From UHGV virus genome UHGV-1370921: DNA of 48,712 bases. One strand, written 5' to 3'. The notes under the pieces were generated by a model. The model was not told the origin of the DNA. It did not search any database and saw only the letters and a program-made list of their open reading frames with translations. Position numbers and translations under genes: made by a program. This stretch comes from a virus. How positions within the stretch are numbered: the first letter of the stretch is position 1; each line of letters opens with the position of its first letter. Below, one piece after another: positions 9,288-17,743 of this stretch.

Positions 9288-10250
9288 TTGGTCCGCCCGG
9301 TATCATTTAACTCCACAGATACCGGATTCACAGAAATGGCCACACGCATTCCACAAGAAGTAAGAGAGAAACAAATCGCCGAACTTTGCGAGGGTACGGT
9401 TTATTCCTTTGTCAGGTGGGTCGGTAAGTTTAAGGGTGTCAGGTCAAAATTCATATACACATGCGAAAAGCACGGTGAACAAACTGGTAAAGTTGAACAT
9501 TTCATGAACGGTACCAGATGTCCGATGTGCGGCGTAAGTAAACGCATGTTCAGTCAAGAAGAAAGACAGAATCAATTCGAAAAAGAACTGCAAAACACTA
9601 TCTATAGTTTCGCCCAGTGGTCACATTACGACGGCAAGAATACAAGCAGAGTCGTTTTCAACTGTCAAAGACATGGGGAATGGGAGACGTCTGTCAGGTC
9701 ATTTGTTGGAGGTTCTCGATGTCCAAAATGTTCTAGAGAGGCATCATCAGAAAAACAAAGATATGACGTAGAGAAACGAACTGAGCAGATTGTTCAGATG
9801 TGTAATGATTCTGGGTACGCCTTCGAAGGCTGGTGTGAAGGTTACAATAACGCCCGTAGTAATTTCAACTGCAGATGTCCAAAGCATGGTGTATGGAAGG
9901 TTGAATTCTCCGCTTTTAAACACGGTACCCGTTGTCCAAGTTGTGCTAAGACAGGTTTTAATCCCGATAAACCCGCATGGCTATACTGCCTAATTTCAGA
10001 AGACAACTTGTTAAAAGTCGGTATCACCAACGATATTGAAACCAGAATTTCACAGTTAAGAACTTATACTCCGTTCAGTTTTGAAGTTTTGGAGACGTTT
10101 AAAAATGTTGATGGTAACTTAATTCGAGAATTGGAAAGACAAGTTCATTTACAATTTGAGAGTGCGAATCTGAAAGGGTTTCAGGGGTGTACCGAATGGT
10201 TGAAGTGGAACCCAAAGATTCCACTATGGTTCAGATTTTTAAACGGCTAA
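9288..10250 (+). CDS. homing endonuclease, T5orf172/GIY-YIG-like C-terminal domain with three CxxHG...CPxC zinc-ribbon repeats (HEG1)
   Basis: C-terminus [37 protein letters not shown]...[12 protein letters not shown]-terminal repeats of the form CEKHGEQ...GTRCPMCG. Paralogous to 27110-27853, 32891-33658 and 37960-38850. Confidence 0.7.
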   Translation: MVRPVSFNSTDTGFTEMATRIPQEVREKQIAELCEGTVYSFVRWVGKFKGVRSKFIYTCEKHGEQTGKVEHFMNGTRCPMCGVSKRMFSQEERQNQFEKELQNTIYSFAQWSHYDGKNTSRVVFNCQRHGEWETSVRSFVGGSRCPKCSREASSEKQRYDVEKRTEQIVQMCNDSGYAFEGWCEGYNNARSNFNCRCPKHGVWKVEFSAFKHGTRCPSCAKTGFNPDKPAWLYCLISEDNLLKVGITNDIETRISQLRTYTPFSFEVLETFKNVDGNLIRELERQVHLQFESANLKGFQGCTEWLKWNPKIPLWFRFLNG

Positions 10251-10667
10251 AGCCCCCATTCCGATTTTCTTACGTAGTGAGTAGAACTCCTGTCCGAATA
10301 TAGTATAGGTGAGAAAATCGTTGTTAACTTCCATCATTTGTGGAACTCGATACGCAATTGATTCGTCCCCTACGGATTTTGAGGCAACGTTTAGTCTAGC
10401 TTCCGTGTTCGCATCTCCCCCCATACCGTCCGGGTAATACATAGATAGCCAGGCTGCTGCATAGAGAAACATTCCCACCATCTTGTTGGAATGACAGTCC
10501 GATTGATATTCCCCCCATCGACGAGAGCCAGTCGCAACATCCCCACGACAAAGCGCATATTGGAGTAATGCATCCGGGAATTTAACGGTATCCTCGAAAA
10601 TACCCATTCCGCCGGACCAGATGCGAAAATCTGCGATAACTTCAGTGGTGATATTCATATTACACAC
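10239..10667 (-). CDS. hypothetical head-tail connector region protein
   Basis: 142-aa ORF following the head completion gene. Converges on HEG1 with overlapping 3' ends. Confidence 0.35.
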   Translation of the reverse strand: MCNMNITTEVIADFRIWSGGMGIFEDTVKFPDALLQYALCRGDVATGSRRWGEYQSDCHSNKMVGMFLYAAAWLSMYYPDGMGGDANTEARLNVASKSVGDESIAYRVPQMMEVNNDFLTYTIFGQEFYSLRKKIGMGALAV

Positions 10668-10690
10668 TCACAGTCAATACGGAGACGGCT

Positions 10691-10740
10691 TGAAAACATA
10701 CCCCCGCCTCAACTCCGTGGTATCCGGGAGAGACGGGGGC
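10691..10740 (-). terminator. putative intrinsic terminator (10-bp stem with one G-U, then UAUGUUUUCA)
   Basis: On the minus RNA: CCCCCGUCUC...GAGGCGGGGG followed by a U-rich tract. Lies between genes 10768-11085 and 10239-10667. Confidence 0.4.
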
Positions 10741-10767
10741 CGGAAAAGTTATTTATACCTGTGTTAA

Positions 10768-11085
10768 TTAAGAGGCGGCTTTTACTGCCTCAATTTCTTG
10801 CTGAAGTCGTGACTTCTTCCAGCGCGCGTCGACTTTGATGCCCAGTTCTTCGGCTTCTGCACGAAGTCCATCGATACTCACATCCTCGACGTCCGATTCA
10901 GGGTTCTTCAGTTCGCCCGAAATGACAACCAGTTCACCTGCTTCCTGATATGCACTGACCAGGCTGTAAATTGCCGGAGTAACTTCGAACTCTTTCGAAT
11001 CACCTGGTGCCAGCATACGTTTCATCACATCTTCTTCACCCGGCATCATGAACGGGCGCGCGGAAATATTTTTTACAGTAATCAT
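10768..11085 (-). CDS. head-associated protein with C-terminal Rho_N/SAP-like motif
   Basis: 105 aa. The C-terminus IDGLRAEAEELGIKVDARWKKSRLQQEI resembles the Rho-N/SAP helix-extension-helix. Immediately follows the major capsid protein terminator. Confidence 0.4.
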   Translation of the reverse strand: MITVKNISARPFMMPGEEDVMKRMLAPGDSKEFEVTPAIYSLVSAYQEAGELVVISGELKNPESDVEDVSIDGLRAEAEELGIKVDARWKKSRLQQEIEAVKAAS

Positions 11086-11138
11086 AAAATCACCTTTAGT
11101 TGCAATACTTACCCGTTGTCATTCTACATCCTTGAACG

Positions 11139-11167
11139 AGTAAAGAAAAGCCCTCCGAAGAGGGCTT
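11139..11167 (-). terminator. rho-independent terminator directly after the major capsid gene
   Basis: Minus RNA AAGCCCUCuucgGAGGGCUU followed by UUCUUUACU. A classic partial terminator after a capsid gene. Confidence 0.55.
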
Positions 11168-11189
11168 GGGATGTCGCTGAGGGTAGGTA

Positions 11190-12224
11190 TTACAGCATGT
11201 CGAGGTAGATTGCACTCAGAGGATAGCGAATTTCAGTGCCCGAAATCTTATACTCTGCCGGTACAGTTACGGCCAGACCTTTATTCTGCGGTGCCAGCAT
11301 GCGGAACGGAATCGGCTTGGCAACACCCAGGTTGCGGTCGTTCTTCTCGTAAATGAGAACACGGTCTTTCGAACTGTTGGACACACCGCCCGCAGCCAGT
11401 TCCGCAGCGGTCAGCTGGTAACGAACCTGAATATCAATTTCCTGCCCGGTCATCAGGGTGAAGGAGTTATTGATTTTAAAATGCTCCATAACGGTACGGT
11501 CGGTATACCCAGTCATCAGCGTGCTGTTCATGCGTTTCCACAGGTCCGGGAATACGCGAATGGTATTCGGCAGGTGGAAGTTTTTGGACAGTTTGATGAT
11601 GTCGAACAGCGGGTCGTTGAGCATGTTGAACAGCTCCTGACCGGTGGCGGTGGTGTAGTCGACGGTCGCCTTAGTCACGGTCACATTGCCGTTATTGAAC
11701 AGACCAGCCATTCCCAGTTGTGAGTCACCGAAGTAAGCCACTTTCTGACTGTGTTCTTCATAGCCACGATATGCCAGCTGCTGCTGCATGGTGTCAATCG
11801 GCATATTCTGAGACGCAGTGGTGCGCAGCTCGTCGATGCTATAGTGACACTCGATGCCGCCGTAGTTCAGCGGTACAGTGTGGAGTTTTGCAGACTGAGC
11901 AACGCGTGGCAAGTCCATAGCGTTTGCGCCGATAAACCGGCCAACAGTCACTCCATCATAGCTCCGGTATTGCCAAGTCGTTGAAAACTCAGGAATGCCG
12001 GATACAACCGGGATGTCCTGCAGATAGGTGATATCCGCATACGGAGTTGCATAGATGGTCTGCTCAATCTGTGCCAGCTGAGAGATGTAGAACGCGATAC
12101 CACCGTCAGCATCACGGAATTCAGCCGGAACGTTGATAGCGTTCTGACCATCCAGATACTGTTTTACCCACGGGTTACCCGCGATAGTCTGTGCGTCAAG
12201 TACAACGCTGTTTAACTTATCCAT
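11190..12224 (-). CDS. major capsid protein
   Basis: 344 aa, positioned after the scaffold/protease and decoration genes and followed by a terminator. Size and position are typical. Confidence 0.6.
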   Translation of the reverse strand: MDKLNSVVLDAQTIAGNPWVKQYLDGQNAINVPAEFRDADGGIAFYISQLAQIEQTIYATPYADITYLQDIPVVSGIPEFSTTWQYRSYDGVTVGRFIGANAMDLPRVAQSAKLHTVPLNYGGIECHYSIDELRTTASQNMPIDTMQQQLAYRGYEEHSQKVAYFGDSQLGMAGLFNNGNVTVTKATVDYTTATGQELFNMLNDPLFDIIKLSKNFHLPNTIRVFPDLWKRMNSTLMTGYTDRTVMEHFKINNSFTLMTGQEIDIQVRYQLTAAELAAGGVSNSSKDRVLIYEKNDRNLGVAKPIPFRMLAPQNKGLAVTVPAEYKISGTEIRYPLSAIYLDML

Positions 12225-12226
12225 TA

Positions 12227-12715
12227 TTAACCCCCAACAACCAGAGACAGTTTAGCCAGACCACCGGCTGTCGCGGCAGTGAGGAATTTAGCGCCAGGAA
12301 TGGCAACCGACAGAGTTGCTGCGGAACCCTCTGTCTTAGCGAAATCGCCGGTCTGAGTTGCGCCAACACGCAGGAATGCGGCGTCACCAACGGCAACATC
12401 CTCCGCTACGGTTACCCAGATTACGCCAGCAGTGAGCACAGATGCCGGACGGTCAACCGGAGCACCGAAAGTTGCGCCGTCAGCGTATGAGCGGTTCAGT
12501 TCACGAACCAGTACGCCCACGAAGTCATTAGCTGTGGAGCTGGCAGTTGCAGCCTTAAAGCCTTTCTCGCCGCTACGTACAACACCTTTACCATATGCGA
12601 CGGTTGCGGTGTCATCGTTAATTTTGGAAACGATATTCGCTACTTGTCCGTCGGCGACCATCCCGGTAAAGGCTGCGTCGTGATTCAGACCGTAGCTGGT
12701 TGCAGTAATAGCCAT
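12227..12715 (-). CDS. head decoration-like protein
   Basis: 162-aa Ala/Gly/Thr-rich beta-type protein between the scaffold and the major capsid protein. Confidence 0.4.
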   Translation of the reverse strand: MAITATSYGLNHDAAFTGMVADGQVANIVSKINDDTATVAYGKGVVRSGEKGFKAATASSTANDFVGVLVRELNRSYADGATFGAPVDRPASVLTAGVIWVTVAEDVAVGDAAFLRVGATQTGDFAKTEGSAATLSVAIPGAKFLTAATAGGLAKLSLVVGG

Positions 12716-12726
12716 CTATGTCACCC

Positions 12727-13869
12727 TTATTTAAGTTTACCAGTCTGACGCAGCAGTGCTTCTTGTGCGCGGGACAGTACAGGTTTTGCGTCGGCTACCG
12801 GCTGTTTGATGTCTTTAGCGCCATCTTTAGCCAGTTGCTCAAGCTGTGAGTCTACCACAGGTTTCACCGGTTCTTCCACAGCCATGTCGAAAGCGGCTTC
12901 AACATAGGCGGCAGATTTTTCAGCCCAGTCAACAGACGGACGTTTAACAGCAAGAGCGGCACGTTTGATTACAACCGGGTCCATGCTGTCACAGGTGAAT
13001 TCATCGCCAGCAACTTTACGCGCTGAGGTAGTAACACGTGCAATTGCTTCCACGCGTGCTTTCAGGGCTTCGTCGCTGCATTTGGTAGTCAGGTCGGCAA
13101 CCTGTTCCATTGCTGCGTCGAGTTGAGCCTGTACGGTTTCTTTGGCGGCTTCGGCGTCACTGACACGCTGTTCCAAGCGTTTGAACGCGTCTACTACCGC
13201 AGCATCCGCCACATCAACTTTTAGCCCGGTGTCAGTGGTGATTTGATACATGGGTTTTTTCTCCATATTATCGAAGATACGCGCCATTGCACCCGCACGA
13301 GCACGGTCAACAATTGCAACGTGGTTAATTTTAATCTGAGTCTGTCGGAAGTCGTATGGTTCACCTTCCGGCGTTGTCCCTGGTGTATCATCATACACCG
13401 CCGTGTAACCCGCTGACAACTCACACTTGCCGGTTTCGACAGCCTTAATCGCGTCTTTATCCTTAATAACCATATCCACAATGACGAAATCGCCGTCCTG
13501 ACGACCGACACTCGTCACAACACCGACAGAAGTATTGCGGTACGTGGAAGCATTGACAAGCGTAGGAGGATGGTTATTCGTGACATCTGCGCCGAGATAG
13601 CTCTGAAGTGATTCATCGTTAAACACTTCTTCGGCGGGACGGTACACACGGATAATGTCATTCGGTGCGCGACCTTTTAACCCCAGTTCCGAAGCGAGAT
13701 ATTCCTGAATACCAGTGCGAGCTGCTTTACCCGGCACACGCAGAAATCCCTCATCCGTGTAAACACGTTGGGAATTCAGTGCGAAACTTTTACGGTCATT
13801 GTGTGTTACGGTGATTTGCATGTTGACGAGTCCGTCAGAATATGCCATAGTGATAATCGTTAAACACAT
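12727..13869 (-). CDS. prohead protease / scaffolding fusion protein
   Basis: 380 aa. The N-terminal half is globular (GFLRVPGKAARTGIQEY...). The C-terminal half is a charged coiled coil (AEAAKETVQAQLDAAMEQVADL...), typical of a scaffold. The start codon is ambiguous (13869, 13848 or 13821). Confidence 0.5.
   Translation of the reverse strand: MCLTIITMAYSDGLVNMQITVTHNDRKSFALNSQRVYTDEGFLRVPGKAARTGIQEYLASELGLKGRAPNDIIRVYRPAEEVFNDESLQSYLGADVTNNHPPTLVNASTYRNTSVGVVTSVGRQDGDFVIVDMVIKDKDAIKAVETGKCELSAGYTAVYDDTPGTTPEGEPYDFRQTQIKINHVAIVDRARAGAMARIFDNMEKKPMYQITTDTGLKVDVADAAVVDAFKRLEQRVSDAEAAKETVQAQLDAAMEQVADLTTKCSDEALKARVEAIARVTTSARKVAGDEFTCDSMDPVVIKRAALAVKRPSVDWAEKSAAYVEAAFDMAVEEPVKPVVDSQLEQLAKDGAKDIKQPVADAKPVLSRAQEALLRQTGKLK
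13822..13850 (+). promoter_or_regulatory. sigma70-like promoter TTGACGagtcCGTCAg-N-CATAGT, embedded in the 5' end of the antisense scaffold gene
   Basis: -35 at 13822-13827, 17-nt spacer, -10 at 13845-13850. AGGAG RBS, then ATG at 13898. Confidence 0.45.
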
Positions 13870-13897
13870 AATACATATATTTCACAGGAGATACAAC

Positions 13898-14125
13898 ATG
13901 ACCGACATGGTCAATCACCCATCACACTATACACAAGGTAGTATCGAGTGTATTGATGCTATTAAGGCTGCCACCGTCGGTAAAACCGGTATCGAGGCGG
14001 TATGCGTGGCAAATGTCATTAAATATCTGTGGCGCTACGAAGAGAAGAATGGCCCGGAAGATGTGAAAAAGGCCCGTTGGTATCTGGAGCGTCTGATTAA
14101 TGAACTGTCGGAGAGCGACAAATGA
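13898..14125 (+). CDS. DUF3310-like small phage protein
   Basis: 75 aa, MTDMVNHPSHYTQGSIECIDAIKAA...KYLWRYEEKNGPEDVKKARWYLERL. Strong RBS. Confidence 0.45.
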   Translation: MTDMVNHPSHYTQGSIECIDAIKAATVGKTGIEAVCVANVIKYLWRYEEKNGPEDVKKARWYLERLINELSESDK

Positions 14126-14253
14126 ACACGCCATACGCATACGAAGTGACAACCAACCGTGGTACGACATATCTGGTCCGCGCGGGCAGTGTGGCGCATA
14201 ACAACGCTGTTATGTTTGGGTATCAACTAAAACCGTTGTACGAGGGTGAGTGA
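14122..14253 (+). CDS. small hypothetical protein (43 aa)
   Basis: ATGA overlap with the upstream gene. Translationally coupled. Confidence 0.3.
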   Translation: MNTPYAYEVTTNRGTTYLVRAGSVAHNNAVMFGYQLKPLYEGE

Positions 14254-14450
14254 TTATGACAACCATCCCACGCTACCCAACCGGGACACTTGTGAAGTCG
14301 TTCCCCAACGGTGTCGTTACGGGTGTTGTTGCAAACGTAATAACTGATGAGCCACCGCGCTACTATGTACAGTGGGACGATGGTACTTACAGCTGTCACG
14401 CACAGCGCGATTTGAAACGAGTGGGGACATTGTATGGCAGACTGGATTAA
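14250..14450 (+). CDS. small hypothetical protein
   Basis: 66-aa ORF with a GTG/ATG start and a GAGGGTGAG RBS. Confidence 0.4.
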   Translation: MIMTTIPRYPTGTLVKSFPNGVVTGVVANVITDEPPRYYVQWDDGTYSCHAQRDLKRVGTLYGRLD

Positions 14451-14637
14451 GTGTAGTGAGCGGATGCCACCACTTGGGTGGTTCATCTGTTATAACACCG
14501 ATATTTGTGAAGTCGCCGAGCACTTCTATGACCCAGTGAAAAACACGTTCACATACACAAATTATGAGGGTGAGCAGGTAGTTGACGCCGAATATATCAC
14601 ACACTGGCAACGATTGCCCGAGCCGCCGCAGGAGTGA
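14434..14637 (+). CDS. small hypothetical protein
   Basis: 67-aa ORF overlapping the upstream gene. Confidence 0.4.
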   Translation: MADWIKCSERMPPLGWFICYNTDICEVAEHFYDPVKNTFTYTNYEGEQVVDAEYITHWQRLPEPPQE

Positions 14638-14643
14638 TTTAAT

Positions 14644-14673
14644 TTGACGAGTTCGTCAGGGATGACGTATAAT
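14644..14673 (+). promoter_or_regulatory. sigma70-like promoter TTGACGagttCGTCAg-N-TATAAT
   Basis: -35 at 14644-14649, 18-nt spacer, consensus TATAAT at 14668-14673. Followed by RBS GAGGGTGAG and ATG at 14706. Confidence 0.55.
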
Positions 14674-14705
14674 CAGTTCATCAACAGCAGAGAGGGTGAG
14701 ACAAA

Positions 14706-14858
14706 ATGAATAACACATTACTTCCAGGCTACAACCGTCCCGTATCAGAGGCGCATATTGCCGATAAAGAACTGTTAAAGGCCGCACAACAGCTTGCACG
14801 CAAGCATGAAGATTGGGCGCTCGCTAACGCTGCATTACGTGAGGCGTATGGAAAATGA
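14706..14858 (+). CDS. small hypothetical protein (50 aa)
   Basis: MNNTLLPGYNRPVSEAHIADKELLKAAQQLARKHEDWALANAALREAYGK. Good RBS. Confidence 0.4.
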   Translation: MNNTLLPGYNRPVSEAHIADKELLKAAQQLARKHEDWALANAALREAYGK

Positions 14859-15052
14859 ACTGTAAACCAATCAAGGCGGTAATGCTCCGCAACAATGACA
14901 AATTTATCGATGTGGACGGTGTTATCACCGTGACAAACTTCAAAATGAACTTCCTCGAAGATATTGTGACATTTACCGCTATCAAAGAGGATGGTTCAGT
15001 ATCTCAGCGCTGGGTCGAGATGAATCAACTTGTTAATAAGGTGGTGGGCTAA
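14855..15052 (+). CDS. small hypothetical protein
   Basis: 65-aa ORF with ATGA overlap. Confidence 0.4.
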   Translation: MNCKPIKAVMLRNNDKFIDVDGVITVTNFKMNFLEDIVTFTAIKEDGSVSQRWVEMNQLVNKVVG

Positions 15053-15231
15053 TGGACATTATTAAAGGTGTACTGATTATCCTGCTTACAGGGTGGGTAA
15101 TTATAGTAACAATCAACACGCTACCTATGGAACTGGAATACAAGTGGCAGGCATGGACAATTGTTGCATTTGGTCCGGTTGCCGTATTTGCCGGACTGTG
15201 GGAGGTATGTGTGAGGGTGTTCAAGAAATGA
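15052..15231 (+). CDS. small membrane protein (2 predicted TM helices, 59 aa)
   Basis: MDIIKGVLIILLTGWVIIVTINTLP...AFGPVAVFAGLWEV. Start overlaps the upstream stop. Confidence 0.35.
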   Translation: MDIIKGVLIILLTGWVIIVTINTLPMELEYKWQAWTIVAFGPVAVFAGLWEVCVRVFKK

Positions 15232-15385
15232 CTGTAATCATGTGGTTTCTGTGGCGTCGTTGGCAGTTTAAAAGGTATGCCGGAAAAGACATCAGTTTGA
15301 CAGCGTGTCACAACAATAATCTATGCGGTTGCCGCAAACACCCTATTATCTATAACGATATGTGCCGCATTGTGAGAGGTGGGAA

Positions 15386-15580
15386 ATGAGTAGAGAGGAA
15401 AGATTACGAAAAGTACTTCACGATAATAAAGACCATTTCGACATTGATGAAGACGGTCGACTTATCCCTAAACCGCCCGAACCACCAAAAAGCGGAATGG
15501 AGTACAATCCCGAACCACCCGCATTAAACATTGTGATAGGGCTACTCGTTCTTCTGTGGATAATTTACGTATTTACTTAG
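15386..15580 (+). CDS. small C-terminally membrane-anchored protein
   Basis: 64 aa with C-terminal IVIGLLVLLWIIYVFT. RBS GAGGTGGG. Confidence 0.35.
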   Translation: MSREERLRKVLHDNKDHFDIDEDGRLIPKPPEPPKSGMEYNPEPPALNIVIGLLVLLWIIYVFT

Positions 15581-16331
15581 CCTTATACCGCTCCACTGCT
15601 GCCGCTGTAACTGGTCTCGCCACACAGCGGCAATTTATTGGCTGACCTGGAAATGTTGGCACACCATCCACAACTGGCAAATCATCCCAACGAAACACAC
15701 CTTCACCGAATCCCACATCGCGTTTGGCAACTTCAACATGACTGTGACGTACCCGCTCATCCTGTGACGTCACCCATTTGAAATACTCAATACCACTGTT
15801 CGTCTGACGAATGCGGTTCATGTCGCCCTGTATCTTGCTCGTCTGGTCCCGGGCGATAAGTTTAGCGCGACGTTCCGTGATACCAAATTGCTTAACAAGT
15901 GCCTGCTCAATGTAGCTGGGGCGCATACCGTTACGCATGTTGGTCATGACGATGTTCTGCACCTGCTCCAGATACTGGGCCGGGATAGACTGAATGAGTT
16001 TAGCGTTCTGATACGATGCGGCGCTCAGATATTCCTGCAGCTGTGTATCACCCCCGTACAGGTTGATAGCGAATGAGCGGGCGTTATCCTTTGCCGCAGT
16101 CTGTACAAACTGTGACGCGATGGTTTCGGCCTGACGACGAGCAAACGCGCCGAGCCACCGTGTAAGCAACTGGTTAATCGCCGAGGTGATAGTGTCGCTC
16201 CAGCCGTCGGCGGTGTACTCCGGCGCAAGCTGTTTCACCAGTGGTACGATGTTGGCGTCCACATCCTCACGAACAAGCCGTGCAACCTGTTTCAGCTGGC
16301 GATAATAATTTAACTCTGTTTGTCGTGACAT
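15573..16331 (-). CDS. head morphogenesis protein, phage Mu F / SPP1 gp7-like
   Basis: 252 aa with the conserved C-terminal ...GQPINCRCVARP motif typical of Mu-F-like minor head proteins. Lies in the head module. Confidence 0.65.
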   Translation of the reverse strand: MSRQTELNYYRQLKQVARLVREDVDANIVPLVKQLAPEYTADGWSDTITSAINQLLTRWLGAFARRQAETIASQFVQTAAKDNARSFAINLYGGDTQLQEYLSAASYQNAKLIQSIPAQYLEQVQNIVMTNMRNGMRPSYIEQALVKQFGITERRAKLIARDQTSKIQGDMNRIRQTNSGIEYFKWVTSQDERVRHSHVEVAKRDVGFGEGVFRWDDLPVVDGVPTFPGQPINCRCVARPVTAAAVERYKAK

Positions 16332-16333
16332 GC

Positions 16334-16362
16334 TTGACGACCTCGTCAGTATGGTGTAGAGT
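16334..16362 (+). promoter_or_regulatory. sigma70-like promoter TTGACGacctCGTCAg-N-TAGAGT, abutting the divergent MuF-like start codon
   Basis: -35 at 16334-16339 begins 3 nt from the minus-strand ATG at 16329-16331. 17-nt spacer. -10 at 16357-16362. Confidence 0.5.
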
Positions 16363-16399
16363 GTACGTGTTAGTTAAATATTATCACAGGAGAAGAGAG

Positions 16400-16636
16400 A
16401 TGACACGTAAGCTCATATACACGCAAGATAGCGTTGGTGAATATACCATTGCGGACGAAACAGAAAAATGGGTAACGGTTGTTGGTCAAGTAGAATCCGA
16501 ATCTGACGCCAGGCTGTTCTGCGCCGCTCCGGAACTGCTGGAAGCGTTACGGGATTTGCAAGCTCGCGCATGTATTTACGTCAACACTTCGAAAGCTAAA
16601 GCAGCCATCGCAAAAGCAACAGGAGAGACAAAATGA
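16400..16636 (+). CDS. hypothetical protein
   Basis: 78 aa. RBS AGGAGAAGAGAG upstream of the ATG at 16400. Confidence 0.4.
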   Translation: MTRKLIYTQDSVGEYTIADETEKWVTVVGQVESESDARLFCAAPELLEALRDLQARACIYVNTSKAKAAIAKATGETK

Positions 16637-17130
16637 CATTACTTGAACTATTGCGTCAGGAATTACCGAAGCGTGGCGGTTGGCCGGAGGGTGCGGTAAA
16701 AATTCATCAAGACTACGACGGTGAAACTTGGGCGTGGTTAAATCATGATAGTGTAGAGCCGCTATTCACGCTGGGTCAGGTGGCAACAAACGCAAGGAAA
16801 TTTGGTGAGTATGAGAAATGTGAAAACATGGTCACCCGTGCCCAATACGAATCCGCACTCGCCACATCGCAAAATCCAGCATGGAACGGCGATGGCCTGC
16901 CCCCAGTTGGCGTTGAGTGTGAATATTCATGGGCCGGTGAGCCGTGGGCCAGTGGCGTAATTCGTTACATCAGCAAGCATACAATAATCGTTGAAATACA
17001 GGCTGATTCCACTGGAGATACTGAGTGCGCCTACCACCCGACAGATATCAAGTTCCGCCCACTCCGCACCGAAGCGGAACGCGCGATTTTTTTAACTTCA
17101 GCATTATCACAGGTGGCACAGCATGACTAA
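16633..17130 (+). CDS. hypothetical protein
   Basis: 165-aa ORF with ATGA overlap. Confidence 0.4.
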   Translation: MTLLELLRQELPKRGGWPEGAVKIHQDYDGETWAWLNHDSVEPLFTLGQVATNARKFGEYEKCENMVTRAQYESALATSQNPAWNGDGLPPVGVECEYSWAGEPWASGVIRYISKHTIIVEIQADSTGDTECAYHPTDIKFRPLRTEAERAIFLTSALSQVAQHD

Positions 17131-17743
17131 ACCAAAGCAAAAAGAAACTGAAACAGACAGCGAGTATGCTCTTAGAATTTCAGAATGGAAAGAGATGAGA
17201 AAAGAGTACAAGAGAAAGTGGAATGAGCAGAATCAATCACATACTTCCCAATACAACAAGAAATGGCAATCCGAGAACGTAGAAAAAGTTTCACGATATA
17301 GAGAAGAGTATTACAAACAAAACAAACACGTCATTATTGAAAGGGTGATTGATTGGCAAAGAAAAAACCCCAAGAAGTATGCTGATAAATCAAAAAGGCA
17401 TTATCTTTCCAACAAGGATAAGTTCGCAACCAGAGTGGTCAAAAGAAGAGCGAACTTAACGCAGGCCTCAATCGGTAAAGATGTGGAAAAAGTCTATTCG
17501 CAACTTTACCGATACGCGAAGCTACTTGGCGGTAATCTCGAAGTAGACCACATCATTCCGTTGCGCGGCGTGGATGTCAGAGGGTTGCATACCTCAGAAA
17601 ATCTCTGTCTATTACCGAGAGAAATAAATCGTTCGAAAGGTAATAAATTCGACCAAGAAGCATACTTCTACTTTTTCAAAAGATACCCGAGATGTACCGC
17701 TTCGAGACTGTACGCGAGGTACATCTCGGGTAGGTTAGGATAG
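17123..17743 (+). CDS. HNH endonuclease
   Basis: EVDHIIPLRGVDVRGLHTSENLCLLPREINRSKGNKF is an HNH motif. The N-terminus is Lys-rich. Located between the portal and MuF-like genes of the packaging/head module. Confidence 0.75.
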   Translation: MTKPKQKETETDSEYALRISEWKEMRKEYKRKWNEQNQSHTSQYNKKWQSENVEKVSRYREEYYKQNKHVIIERVIDWQRKNPKKYADKSKRHYLSNKDKFATRVVKRRANLTQASIGKDVEKVYSQLYRYAKLLGGNLEVDHIIPLRGVDVRGLHTSENLCLLPREINRSKGNKFDQEAYFYFFKRYPRCTASRLYARYISGRLG

